IMG/VR virus record: IMGVR_UViG_3300016471_001035
Span: 75,595 to 139,594 of that record
Direction: 5' to 3' (one strand)
DNA length: 64,000 nt
Source: a virus
Shown: piece by piece, positions 37,498 to 48,015 of the stretch
Numbering within the stretch: the first letter of the stretch is position 1
Layout: every line of letters starts with the position of its first letter
The notes under the pieces: model-generated
What the model saw: the letters and a program-made list of their open reading frames with translations, nothing else
What the model was told of the DNA's origin: nothing
Database searches by the model: none
Position numbers and translations under genes: made by a program

Positions 37498-38435
37498 TGA
37501 ATAGTGATTTTAATAATTTATGGATTGAAAAGTATAGACCTGCTTGTTTATCTGATTATGTAATCAGCGAAACAAACAAGAAAATTATTGAATCGTTTAA
37601 AACAAAAAAAGAAATACCTAATCTCTTATTTTTAGGCACACCAGGGCTTGGTAAAACAACTTTAGCTAAGATTATAGTTAATAATATTCTAAATTGTCAA
37701 TATCTCTACATTAATGCAAGCGACGAAAACGGTATAGATACAATCAGAACTAAAGTTACTAGCTTTGCACAGACAAAAAGCATTGATGGTACAATAAAAG
37801 TTATTATTTTAGATGAGACTGATGGTCTATCCATTGATGCTCAACGTGCACTTAGAAATACAATGGAAGAGTTTGCTAGAATTACACGGTTTATTTTAAC
37901 TGCTAACTACAAATATAGAGTTATAAATGCATTACAAAGCAGATGTCAAAGTATAGACTTAACGCCTCCTTTGGACGGTGTAGTAAAACGTGTTGGTTTT
38001 ATTTTAAAGAATGAAAAAATAGATATTAAAGCTGAACACAAGCCAAAGTTACTATCGTTTATAAGAGAAAACTATCCAGATCTTCGTAAAATAGTAAATG
38101 AGGTTCAAAAACACTCTACAACTGGTTCACTTAATCTAAGTGGTATTGATAATAATGAGATATTATCTTTAATCTTTGGTGAGATAAAGAAAAATAACAC
38201 GCTTAATTTAAGAAAAGCGCTAATAGAGAATGAATCACAGTTTAATTCTGATTACGTAAATCTATTACGAAATCTTTTTAATTATATAGACTCTAACGAA
38301 CAGAATGTATCCGTGAAGAAGCAGTATTTATTATTAATTGCTGAACATCTTTACAGGAGTAGCTTTGTAGTAGACCAAGAAATTAACTGTTATTCTTGTT
38401 TTATTGCTCTAAGCAATGTTACGGCAAGTAGTTAG
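37497..38435 (+). CDS. gp44: Clamp loader AAA+ subunit (T4 gp44 / RFC-like)
   Basis: WIEKYRP, GTPGLGKTT, INASDENG, ILDETD, LQSRC. Confidence 0.95.
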   Translation: MNSDFNNLWIEKYRPACLSDYVISETNKKIIESFKTKKEIPNLLFLGTPGLGKTTLAKIIVNNILNCQYLYINASDENGIDTIRTKVTSFAQTKSIDGTIKVIILDETDGLSIDAQRALRNTMEEFARITRFILTANYKYRVINALQSRCQSIDLTPPLDGVVKRVGFILKNEKIDIKAEHKPKLLSFIRENYPDLRKIVNEVQKHSTTGSLNLSGIDNNEILSLIFGEIKKNNTLNLRKALIENESQFNSDYVNLLRNLFNYIDSNEQNVSVKKQYLLLIAEHLYRSSFVVDQEINCYSCFIALSNVTASS

Positions 38436-39021
38436 CAGTGTAGCTAGCAGGGTCTTTGTGACCTACTGCAGGAGATGAAGGTATCTTAACATTGATATTT
38501 TGTAATTCTCTATCACCCTTACTTAGTTTCTTATTACCGACATCAGAAAGTCTGGTCTGACCAGGAGATAGAAATGGAACTTCTTGATTTTCATCTTTAA
38601 ATTTCTTAGGCTTTATATTAGTTCTTTTGCCGGGATCATCTTTTTTAAATACCTCAGGAACATCCGGTAAATTTGGATATGAACTCTTTGGCTGTACTAA
38701 ATGAGCAGGAATAGTTACGAAATCCTTATATCTGCCAGGTGCAATCTCGGATGTTATGTCTAAAACTACTTCGCCATTGTTATAGTCGTTGTTACCAGCG
38801 CCCTGAACTGCAGGTAAAAGAGTTTTTACTGCTGATACCCTGAGGTTTAAACCACTATTCATCATTTCCTTGATCTTCTCTACGGTATTAACACCTTTAT
38901 CCTTAAACCAGGGATCTCTCAATGCATTTTCTTTAAAAATAACAAGATCTCCTGCTAAGAAGCCACCTAAAGTATAGCGCTGCATCCACGACTCATACAA
39001 TTTGACAAAATTACGGCTCAT
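38419..39021 (-). CDS. Hypothetical late protein
   Basis: 200 aa, N-terminal KLYES, TAAATA(39028-39033)-N6-ATG. Confidence 0.7.
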   Translation of the reverse strand: MSRNFVKLYESWMQRYTLGGFLAGDLVIFKENALRDPWFKDKGVNTVEKIKEMMNSGLNLRVSAVKTLLPAVQGAGNNDYNNGEVVLDITSEIAPGRYKDFVTIPAHLVQPKSSYPNLPDVPEVFKKDDPGKRTNIKPKKFKDENQEVPFLSPGQTRLSDVGNKKLSKGDRELQNINVKIPSSPAVGHKDPASYTANYLP

Positions 39022-39077
39022 TTAAATTATTTATTGTTTTGCATTGCTTAAAATCGTTTTTAAAACATAAAAATCGA

Positions 39078-39085
39078 TATAAATA
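39078..39085 (+). promoter_or_regulatory. T4-type late promoter, full consensus
   Basis: TATAAATA-N5-GTG(39091). Confidence 0.7.
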
Positions 39086-39090
39086 TGTAT

Positions 39091-39573
39091 GTGGCTACTA
39101 TAAAAGTACAATCTATTGCTGAGCCAGAAAAGTCAGAAAGTAGTTTTTTGTATACAGATTTAAAACTAGATCTTCAAATAGACTATACAAAGAACAATGA
39201 GTTTTTAAAACGAAAAGAAGTAAGAGATTTACAAATAGATTATGATTACGCAGCTGTAAGAAACTCTATATTCAATTTATTTACAACAATTCCTGGTCAA
39301 CGCATTTTAAACCCCGAATTTGGTTTAGGGCTACAAAAATATTTGTTTAACCCTGTCGATGAAGATATTGCCAGACTTATAGGTAATGATATTTTAAGAG
39401 GATTAAATATTTTTGAACCTAGAGTTAGAGCTAACAGCATAGATGTTGTAGCTGATGAGTTAGAGCAGCAATACACCATAACTTTAATACTTACCTTATT
39501 AACTATTGATCCTGTAACTGGTTTTAGATTGGTAGGTATATTAAGTAATACAGGATTCACATTTACAACATAA
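39091..39573 (+). CDS. gp25: Baseplate wedge protein (T4 gp25-like)
   Basis: YTDLKLDL, AVRNSIFNLFTTIPGQRILNPEFG, FEPRV; GTG 39091 preferred because ATG 39085 overlaps the promoter. Confidence 0.92.
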   Translation: MATIKVQSIAEPEKSESSFLYTDLKLDLQIDYTKNNEFLKRKEVRDLQIDYDYAAVRNSIFNLFTTIPGQRILNPEFGLGLQKYLFNPVDEDIARLIGNDILRGLNIFEPRVRANSIDVVADELEQQYTITLILTLLTIDPVTGFRLVGILSNTGFTFTT

Positions 39574-39574
39574 T

Positions 39575-41428
39575 ATGGCAACATTTAACGATTTTACATT
39601 ATCCAAAGACGGCTACGTAGCATTTGATGCTTTGAGCTTGAAAAGCCTTATCAAGACTCGGCTTAATACTAATCGTATATTTACAGATCAAAATTTTGAG
39701 GGCAGCAATCTTTCCTCAGTTATAGATATTATTGCATATGCATATCACGTTTTAATTTTTTATTTAAATAGATCTGCTGCTGAAAGCACCTTTACAACCG
39801 CTGAATTATATGAAAACATTAATAAAATTGTAAAAATTTTAAATTATAATCCTATAGGTAATCAAACATCTATTTTATCTTTTCTTGCAAAAGCATTACC
39901 TTCACTCTTACCGAATACCTATACAATTCCTCGATATTCTTATTTTACTATAAATGGTGCATCATATTCGTTTAATCAAGATGTTACTTTTTCTAAAAAT
40001 ACTACAGAAGAAGAAGTTTTAACTAATTTACAAGAAAGTAATTTATTGTATCAAGGAAGCTATAATGAATATCCTACATACATAGCCACAGGTGAACCTT
40101 TTGAAGTTTTAACTATGACATTAGTTAATACAGAAGGTGAAAATATAGTATTAGATCATTTTAATATGGATGTTTATGTAAAAGATAACACCATTTTAAA
40201 TGCAGTTTGGGAAAAATGGTCTCCTACTCAATCTTTATTTTTAGAAAGATCTAATTCTAAGGTTTATGAAGTTAGATTGAATGAAAATGGTAGATATGAG
40301 TTTCGTTTTGGTAATAATGTTACTGGAAAACAGTTAAATGAGGGCGATGAAGTGGCTATTTATTATTTAAAATCTGATGGAAAGAAAGGTGAAGTAGGCC
40401 CGGGGTTGTTAGACAATAATAAATTATATTTTTACAGTACCACAAGGTTTAATCAAATAAAATCTGATACCACTCCTTCGAATTTAACACTTATCACAGA
40501 AGCACAATCAAATAGTATAAACTTTTCTAATATTGACGCCTCTTCTCCTTTTGTTGCACGTGAATCTGTTGATAGTATTAAAATTAATTCTCTTAATACG
40601 TTTAGAAGCCAGTATAGATTAATTACATCAGAAGATTTTACAAACTATGTACTAAAGAACTACAGTAATATAATTTCTTCTACCGTCGCCGTCAATAACT
40701 GGGACTATATCTCAGGACATTTAAAATACTTTTTTGATTTAGGTGTTGATAAACCAAATTATGAAAGCAGAGTGCTTTTTAATCAAGTAAAATTCGCTGA
40801 CTCTTGTAATTTTAACAACGTTTACATATATGCAGTACCTAAATTAGAAAAACTTACCTCATTAACTACTAGAACTAATTACTTAAATACAGCTCAAAAG
40901 CAGCTTATTATTAACGACCTACAAAAGGTAAAACTTACTACTGCAGAGGTTATTATAAACGACCCCGTTTATGTCGCAATAGATCTAGGTGTAAGATTTC
41001 CAAGCGAAATTCTTTCTCCCTCTATTTCAGACAATACATTCTTGGAAATACAACGAGATATTACCGCTAAAAGAAATCCAGAAGCCTTAAAACAGCAAGT
41101 TGCGCAAATATTTAAAGACTATTTTTCAACTTTAAAAGATAATTTAGGTTTGACTATTAGCTTGACAGACATTACAAATAAAATTCTTGCTATAGAAGGC
41201 GTAAAAGGTATTAATACAGTTCGTACTGAGGGCACCAATACAATTACTATACCCGGTATAAGCTTATTAATCTATAACCCGGTTTACCCGTTCGATGATA
41301 TAAGAATTACAACACAAGATGAAAAGCTACCATTCTTTAAGTTTCCTTTTTTAAATAATCCGCTAGATTTCAAAAACAAAATAAATGTCATAACACCATC
41401 TATTCAGACATTACAACGTGAGTTTTAA
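39575..41428 (+). CDS. gp6: Baseplate wedge protein (T4 gp6-like)
   Basis: FTDQNFEGSNLSSVIDIIAY, LNYNP, RFGNNVTGK, ESVDSIK, RLITSEDF. Confidence 0.9.
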   Translation: MATFNDFTLSKDGYVAFDALSLKSLIKTRLNTNRIFTDQNFEGSNLSSVIDIIAYAYHVLIFYLNRSAAESTFTTAELYENINKIVKILNYNPIGNQTSILSFLAKALPSLLPNTYTIPRYSYFTINGASYSFNQDVTFSKNTTEEEVLTNLQESNLLYQGSYNEYPTYIATGEPFEVLTMTLVNTEGENIVLDHFNMDVYVKDNTILNAVWEKWSPTQSLFLERSNSKVYEVRLNENGRYEFRFGNNVTGKQLNEGDEVAIYYLKSDGKKGEVGPGLLDNNKLYFYSTTRFNQIKSDTTPSNLTLITEAQSNSINFSNIDASSPFVARESVDSIKINSLNTFRSQYRLITSEDFTNYVLKNYSNIISSTVAVNNWDYISGHLKYFFDLGVDKPNYESRVLFNQVKFADSCNFNNVYIYAVPKLEKLTSLTTRTNYLNTAQKQLIINDLQKVKLTTAEVIINDPVYVAIDLGVRFPSEILSPSISDNTFLEIQRDITAKRNPEALKQQVAQIFKDYFSTLKDNLGLTISLTDITNKILAIEGVKGINTVRTEGTNTITIPGISLLIYNPVYPFDDIRITTQDEKLPFFKFPFLNNPLDFKNKINVITPSIQTLQREF

Positions 41429-41430
41429 AG

Positions 41431-44400
41431 ATGGCTAATTTTGTAAATTATACTTATGTATATTTCTACATAACTAACTATACCGGTACTAATACACTTA
41501 CTTCCTACACTCTACCAAATACGCCAGTAACATTTTATCCGGATTTTACCACTTCAGCTATTTTAACTGCTACAGATAACATATCTAATAAGATTATAAG
41601 ATGGGATTTTGGTGATGGTACTTTTTCTAATGAGTTAACAGCTGTTCATCATTATGAATGGCCGGGAGAATATAGCGTAAGGCTTACTGTTTATGATAAA
41701 CAGGGCAGTAGCTTCGATAGCTCTTACAGACCAGTAGTAAAAATATATGATTATGTTTATGATCAGCTGCAATTTAGAGATTATATAAAATTTATATACG
41801 ATGTACCTGCTAGCAAAATACAAGACCCTCTCATTATTGAAAGGCAGAATAGCTGGCAATCATATCCCGCGCTTAGTGCTAATGGATATACTTTAAATCT
41901 TTATGCCTCAGGCGCAAACGGTCAATATCAGAACATTGATAACTTTTATGACGACAAATGGTCACATCTAAGAGCTTTAAGTAGGTTTTACATAAAAAAT
42001 AGAATAGGAGCAAATTTTGAATTTAAATCTGTAAGTCAAGTAACAACCACCAATGAAGAAATTTATGTAAAATTAGCAAATAAAAAATTAATTTTATGTA
42101 AAAAAGATGATGAGGGTGCTGTTTTAGCAGGCACAAAAGGAACTGCAGAAATTTATTACGTAGATGATGTAGCTAAAAATTTTACTACAAGAGAACCTCC
42201 TATTTTCGTATTTGCAACATTTGATAGTTCAAAATTTGAGGACTGGTACAGCATATTACATAATTCCTACCCTACAATAAATTATCCACCTTATGGGTTT
42301 CAAAATTTAAAGCCTGCAGTACTTCCCATTATTAAGGTTAGACACAATGAAGCAACTAGACTATCCATTACTACAACAGGAATTGATGGCGAAGGATATC
42401 TTTCCGCAACCAACTTTAATATGCCAGAGATTAGCTGGCAAAACACAGAAATACCTTTCGTTATTAGAATGAAAGATAGAGATAACTATACAACAAAAAC
42501 TTATCCTCCACTGTCCTCATCTACAATTAATTCATCTTTATCAACCTTAACTGCATTTGATGTAAAGTTTGGTTTAATTGAACAGACTAATACAGGATTT
42601 AAAGAAGTAAGTACAATAAAATTTTACGAAGATTTTAATTCAGAAATTCCACAAAGTATTGGAGCTTTTTATAAAGGCTATTTTGTATCACCCGAAACAA
42701 CTTATAACTGTAAGCTTACAGCTCAAATGACTGTAGTTGACCCTCTTAATTTTCCTAAAGACTCGTTAATAGGTTGGATAGCAGCCCCACAATACAATAA
42801 ACTGTTAAGATTTTTTAGACAACAAATTTATAGTAATTGCCCTGGATATCTTACTGTTACAATTTCTGCATCAAGACAATATTTTAATTCATTTGAAAAT
42901 AGAAATGTATATGCAATTCAGGTCGCGCCCTCAGGAAATGGTCCAGGAAAAGATTATGAAACTTGGTTTGCTGATGGAACAAGTGATAGGGTATTCAAAT
43001 TTAATGCAAGCGGAGATATATTACTAGACATACCTTTAAATAATGCCCCTACTTTATCTGGAGGTCAAATAATAAATGTAAATTACCTTTCCCCTGTACT
43101 AAGTAGTGCGGCTCCAGGTAGTATTACTTTGGATAGAAATAACGATATATGGGTAGCTTTATTTGATTCTGTATCCTGTATAAAGATCGATGCTACAGAA
43201 GGATATGTTAAGGCTGTAGCTTATCCTCCGTATAATAATATTGTATATAGCTTAAGTTCCAGTTACAATATACCTACATTAAGTGGTTTTGCCGGTGAAA
43301 ACCTGCTGCTACCTTCTTCAGTAGATACTGACAGAGAAGATAATTTATGGGTCTCATATACTCACCCCGCATCAAACTTCTTAGTAAAGTATGATTCTCA
43401 AGGAAATTATTTATTTACTGTGGGGATGTCTGCATTACATTCACCAGTAGAAATAGTAATAGATAGAAATCGTTTTGTATGGCTATCAACTTATAATCTT
43501 ACTACTAGCGGTGCTTCACTTACTTCTAGAAACGACTTTTTATATAAATTTACCTCAACTGGTGCATTAGTTAGCGGCTACCCTCTTTCTGGCTTTAGAT
43601 TTATAGGTAATTTAACAGTTGACGGTAATCAAAATGCGTGGGTAGTACATAATAAAGATACAGTTACTAGAGTAAGCGGTGAAGATGGTACAACAACTGA
43701 TTATATTGCAGGCTCAGGAAATTTTACAAACTACATAGGTAGCATTGGCGGTATTGCTGTTGATACTAGTTCTTATCTATGGGTAATTAATAATTTAAAT
43801 CAAAGATTGTATCTTATAGATACGCTACTACCTCCAGCATCATCTTTAGAAGATTATGAATATGTTGAAATAGAGTACCCCGCAACATCCCCTGAAAACC
43901 AGCCATCAACTTTTGAAGACAAACAGCTTCAAGCTTACGGTGACTGGCTAGGTAGTAGATGGATTAACAAGCATATGTTAGCAGAAACCACAACACGTGT
44001 AATTACTGGCGAATCAACTAGCTTTAACATATATCCTCTATCAGGCGTTTACAATATTCAAAAAGTAAACGAGAATTTTAATACTGAAAAATTTTATAAA
44101 GATTTAATATTTACAGAAAATTTAGAAGATAAAAAAATATTTTTTGAAGACTTTTTAGGCACTATAGTAGGCGATGGCAAATCTATGCCCTACGAACTAG
44201 GTAAAACAATTTACGAAAAAATTGCAAATTATGTAAATAATACTTCTGATATAGATTCGTGTAATTTAGACCAGCTACTTTCATTTTGCGATGAGCTATC
44301 AGTTCAGTTCGAACAGTATAATTATCCATTCCCACCACAGCTTTTAAGACTAGTAAACCTACTTTCCATTAAACATAAAAAGCTGTGGGGCGATTTAAAC

Positions 44401-44862
44401 AAATATGATATATTATTTTTAAGAGATACAACAAAGCTTACAGAGTATAACACATTAACAAGTACTATTTCTTGCGGTTATCCTATTGTAGCGAAAGAAA
44501 AATTTTCAGACCTCTATACTGTAGTAAACAATAATATAATAAGCAATTACACTTACGGGTATGTGTTGCCTTTATCCGATTATTCTGTTGAATGGGGTTG
44601 GGGATTGGTAGCACCTAGAGGTCTTTCAGGTGATAGAATCTCAGATTATTATAAATTTTATGAGTATAAGCCTGTAGAGGATACAAGGTATTTTAATAAT
44701 ATTATCGATTGGGACAACTCAATGAATACACTTACATTTAATAATAGCTCTTTTAATAATTGGAAAAAAGATAATGGAATGATGCAAAATATGCTAAGTT
44801 ACGAGCTAACTAAAGGATTAAGACTGTTTTTAAGCGGTAGTAACATTGTATATAACAATTAA
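41431..44862 (+). CDS. Large baseplate-associated protein with PKD domain and beta-propeller repeats
   Basis: WDFGDG...HHYEWPGEYSVRLTV (PKD); repeated (I/V)D...(L/I)WV propeller units; follows gp6. Confidence 0.7.
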   Translation: MANFVNYTYVYFYITNYTGTNTLTSYTLPNTPVTFYPDFTTSAILTATDNISNKIIRWDFGDGTFSNELTAVHHYEWPGEYSVRLTVYDKQGSSFDSSYRPVVKIYDYVYDQLQFRDYIKFIYDVPASKIQDPLIIERQNSWQSYPALSANGYTLNLYASGANGQYQNIDNFYDDKWSHLRALSRFYIKNRIGANFEFKSVSQVTTTNEEIYVKLANKKLILCKKDDEGAVLAGTKGTAEIYYVDDVAKNFTTREPPIFVFATFDSSKFEDWYSILHNSYPTINYPPYGFQNLKPAVLPIIKVRHNEATRLSITTTGIDGEGYLSATNFNMPEISWQNTEIPFVIRMKDRDNYTTKTYPPLSSSTINSSLSTLTAFDVKFGLIEQTNTGFKEVSTIKFYEDFNSEIPQSIGAFYKGYFVSPETTYNCKLTAQMTVVDPLNFPKDSLIGWIAAPQYNKLLRFFRQQIYSNCPGYLTVTISASRQYFNSFENRNVYAIQVAPSGNGPGKDYETWFADGTSDRVFKFNASGDILLDIPLNNAPTLSGGQIINVNYLSPVLSSAAPGSITLDRNNDIWVALFDSVSCIKIDATEGYVKAVAYPPYNNIVYSLSSSYNIPTLSGFAGENLLLPSSVDTDREDNLWVSYTHPASNFLVKYDSQGNYLFTVGMSALHSPVEIVIDRNRFVWLSTYNLTTSGASLTSRNDFLYKFTSTGALVSGYPLSGFRFIGNLTVDGNQNAWVVHNKDTVTRVSGEDGTTTDYIAGSGNFTNYIGSIGGIAVDTSSYLWVINNLNQRLYLIDTLLPPASSLEDYEYVEIEYPATSPENQPSTFEDKQLQAYGDWLGSRWINKHMLAETTTRVITGESTSFNIYPLSGVYNIQKVNENFNTEKFYKDLIFTENLEDKKIFFEDFLGTIVGDGKSMPYELGKTIYEKIANYVNNTSDIDSCNLDQLLSFCDELSVQFEQYNYPFPPQLLRLVNLLSIKHKKLWGDLNKYDILFLRDTTKLTEYNTLTSTISCGYPIVAKEKFSDLYTVVNNNIISNYTYGYVLPLSDYSVEWGWGLVAPRGLSGDRISDYYKFYEYKPVEDTRYFNNIIDWDNSMNTLTFNNSSFNNWKKDNGMMQNMLSYELTKGLRLFLSGSNIVYNN

Positions 44863-44865
44863 ATA
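44860..44865 (+). promoter_or_regulatory. T4-type late promoter core
   Basis: TAAATA-N5-ATG(44871). Confidence 0.65.
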
Positions 44866-44870
44866 CTTAA

Positions 44871-47800
44871 ATGGTATCTAATAATAGATTTATTGATGAG
44901 AAGCTATCAGTATCCATTACTTCTCTTGTTGCACCATCAAACCCTGTAGATAGCAATAAGCCTTTATCTTTTCAAGAATGGCTAAAATATAATAATTCTT
45001 TATTCACTAATGCAGACGACTTTTTATCTAGATATCAATCTTATCTTAATAATTGGTATGAGATAAAAAATATTGCTAAGCCTGAGCAGGTTGCTATAAC
45101 TAAATCACTTTACACCTTATTAATTAATGAAATTGTACTTTCCTTTACTTCTACAGATGAAAGACGGTTTTTAAAAAATATTGATTTTAATAATAATAGA
45201 GATCTAGCTGTTGCTGTACCTTTTTTTGCTAAAAAAATTAAAGATATATGCTTATATTACAGTACATTAAGAGATGACGTTAAATCTTCTGTTGTACAGT
45301 ACAATTTAAAAGGTTCTATTTACGGTACAAAAAACTTAATTTATAATCAAATATCAAAGTCATTAGAAACTGAAGATTTGACAGACTTAATTAGAACTTT
45401 AAACTACTCTTTATCAGATATTAGAAATAATATGGTGGTAGATATAGAAGAGCTATATGATACTAATCAAAACTATTTTGATGTTAGCCCTTACCTTCCT
45501 GCATCATCTTATGATGTCACAGAAGGTGAAAGAGAAAAATATTTTTCTGTTAATCAGTACGATATTGACCCAAATTTGTTTTTAAACTTTGATACTTCAA
45601 TAGTAGATGCAATTACGTCTTACCCGTTCTTTTTGCTAGAGTTTGGTACTAATAATTTTTCTGCTAACATACCAGGTCTTTCTTCTGAATCGCTAAACTA
45701 TCTCAAAGATAGAGATTATATTAATACTGTTAACACAGAAGACAGAGACAATTTAAATCTTAATTTAAATTTAAACCAAATTACAAAGTTTATAGGTACT
45801 GATTTTTACTATATATCTACCAATTCTACTGGGGTAGAGTATCTTTCCGGTAGACTGTTTGTTGCAGATAATAATTTTGCAAATTATCTTAATAAAAGAT
45901 ACCCATCTGTAGCAGCTATCCCGTCTTCTGAATTTATTAAATCAGGTAAAGATATAGGGCTTTTTTTTAAGCCTGATAAATTAGGGTTATCTAACTTCTA
46001 CAGCTTTGGACTAGCTACGACAATTAAAAACTCAGTATTAAGTGCAGATACTGTATATGTGTTTCCAGATCCTTCTATTTACGGAGACATTTCTAGTTTA
46101 ACTGAAGAGGAATTTAACTCCCCCATTGTTTATACAGACTTATCTTATTTTAATAAAATAGATTTTTCAAATCAATTTAAATTTGGTGATACTATAAGCG
46201 GGCCTTATTTTCAAACTTTAAGAGCATATCAAGCACGTGAACAATCACTTGGCATAGGACTACAGGGGCTATCAAGATATACAGATTCACAAGATTTTTT
46301 TGAAGGGTATAAGAAAAATGTTTGGTCTAACAAAGATGTTTTTCCTATTATACCACAAAATGTTTTTCCTATAGATAATAGAATAGAAAAACTATATTCA
46401 ATTAATAAAACTATTACACAGCAAAAATCTGATATTTACGGTAACGATTATGTATTATATAAAGACGTTGAACCTTTAAAAAGACTATCTAATACCCCAA
46501 CTAATCAAGGCGGATTAAAAATTTATTACTGCCTTTACATTGATGGGCATGTCTTTTTTGATGCTATTTCCGGCTACAACTTTGATTATACTGAATATTT
46601 ACCTGCAAAAAATTATACAGGCATTCTATTAAAAACTACAACAAACATCCCACCAGGCACAGGGTATTATGTGCAGGGTCCTAATTATCTCACACCATCA
46701 CCTCTTTCTGCTTCAAAATACAACAACGGTATTCCGGAATTTACTTTACCCTCATTAACAGCCGTTATAGTTTCATACAGATTTCAACCCGATACATTCT
46801 GCCCTGATGAGATAAAAGTTAAGTTTGATTGTAGTGTTTACGACGGCGAAACTTTTGTATCACCTGCAAGCGGTCTTTTACCCGATACTTCATCCGACGA
46901 GCCAACTTTTGATCCCGAAATAGCAAATGTTTATTATGGTATTTTAGTCGACGGTGGTGTTAATCCTAACGGTCCAGATTATAGAGCTAATTTTGTTTAC
47001 CCTGGAGAATTTACCTTTACCCCACCGGTGTCTGCAGTAGAAGATGTTAACGGTAGTATTTTTGCTTATAATAGTGCTTCCCCTTGCGGTGATGATAATG
47101 TGTTTTCAGTATCCTATATTGAAAAGAGTAATTTCATGGATTATAAAATTCCTTTTAGAAATACACAGGTTATAGAAGGGCTTTCAGGTATTGATTCTAA
47201 GAGAACGTTATATGAAACTAATTTTATAGATTATGGTCAACTTTATTATAGAAATTCTAATTCTTCTATAGTAGGTCCAGCATCAGCTGCATTAAGCGGA
47301 ATGTATTTAAAGTATAGTGTTAATATTGTAAATGAACTTAATAATAATCTAATTAACTTTGATATTGTATACGACACTATTATATTTGAAACAGAAAATT
47401 ATCTTATAGCGGACAAGCTTGTATTCGATTATGAGCAAAATAAAAACATAGATATATCAAAAAATGATTGTTATTTTCAGCGTAATGCCAATAAAGAGTT
47501 AGAAAAAATTTCTACTATATGGTATAACGAAGAAATAGATACGTTTTTCTTCTGTAAAACTGTATTATATAATCAGCTTAGCGCAACTAATTATAAAATA
47601 GTTTATCCTGAAATTTATGCAATTAATGCTTCGAATTTAACTTTTAATAAAATTTATCCTCAAGTTTCTAATTCTGAATTAACTATAGATTACTTAAAAA
47701 TGTTTTCATTATCTGGAAATAATATTGAAGTTAATATTATCAAAATAGATAAACCTTTATTTAATTATAATAATGAAACAGGTCTATACACTATTACCTG

Positions 47801-48014
47801 GCTAGGTAAAGATATTGCAAATAGCTTCTACATATTTAAAACATTCTTTAAATATATTAATGGCGTTATAACTAATATTAGCAATTCAATGTTTAAACTA
47901 CTTCCAAATGTTAATACTATTAATTTTACAGGCGCTCTTTCTTCTTACTATGCAACACAAAACATTGCTGGTGAAGTAGGTGAAGTAACGAACGGAGAAT
48001 TTATCTTTAACTAA
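44871..48014 (+). CDS. Large putative virion structural protein
   Basis: 1047 aa, late motif upstream, baseplate cluster; no recognised domain. Confidence 0.65.
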   Translation: MVSNNRFIDEKLSVSITSLVAPSNPVDSNKPLSFQEWLKYNNSLFTNADDFLSRYQSYLNNWYEIKNIAKPEQVAITKSLYTLLINEIVLSFTSTDERRFLKNIDFNNNRDLAVAVPFFAKKIKDICLYYSTLRDDVKSSVVQYNLKGSIYGTKNLIYNQISKSLETEDLTDLIRTLNYSLSDIRNNMVVDIEELYDTNQNYFDVSPYLPASSYDVTEGEREKYFSVNQYDIDPNLFLNFDTSIVDAITSYPFFLLEFGTNNFSANIPGLSSESLNYLKDRDYINTVNTEDRDNLNLNLNLNQITKFIGTDFYYISTNSTGVEYLSGRLFVADNNFANYLNKRYPSVAAIPSSEFIKSGKDIGLFFKPDKLGLSNFYSFGLATTIKNSVLSADTVYVFPDPSIYGDISSLTEEEFNSPIVYTDLSYFNKIDFSNQFKFGDTISGPYFQTLRAYQAREQSLGIGLQGLSRYTDSQDFFEGYKKNVWSNKDVFPIIPQNVFPIDNRIEKLYSINKTITQQKSDIYGNDYVLYKDVEPLKRLSNTPTNQGGLKIYYCLYIDGHVFFDAISGYNFDYTEYLPAKNYTGILLKTTTNIPPGTGYYVQGPNYLTPSPLSASKYNNGIPEFTLPSLTAVIVSYRFQPDTFCPDEIKVKFDCSVYDGETFVSPASGLLPDTSSDEPTFDPEIANVYYGILVDGGVNPNGPDYRANFVYPGEFTFTPPVSAVEDVNGSIFAYNSASPCGDDNVFSVSYIEKSNFMDYKIPFRNTQVIEGLSGIDSKRTLYETNFIDYGQLYYRNSNSSIVGPASAALSGMYLKYSVNIVNELNNNLINFDIVYDTIIFETENYLIADKLVFDYEQNKNIDISKNDCYFQRNANKELEKISTIWYNEEIDTFFFCKTVLYNQLSATNYKIVYPEIYAINASNLTFNKIYPQVSNSELTIDYLKMFSLSGNNIEVNIIKIDKPLFNYNNETGLYTITWLGKDIANSFYIFKTFFKYINGVITNISNSMFKLLPNVNTINFTGALSSYYATQNIAGEVGEVTNGEFIFN

Positions 48015-48015
48015 T

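Noticed and set aside
1-38435. Introns, inteins or homing endonucleases in polymerase, helicase, primase, terminase or clamp loader
   Set aside because: Lengths and motif spacing look normal and no LAGLIDADG, HNH, GIY-YIG or intein termini were recognised; the polymerase 5' part is outside the window.
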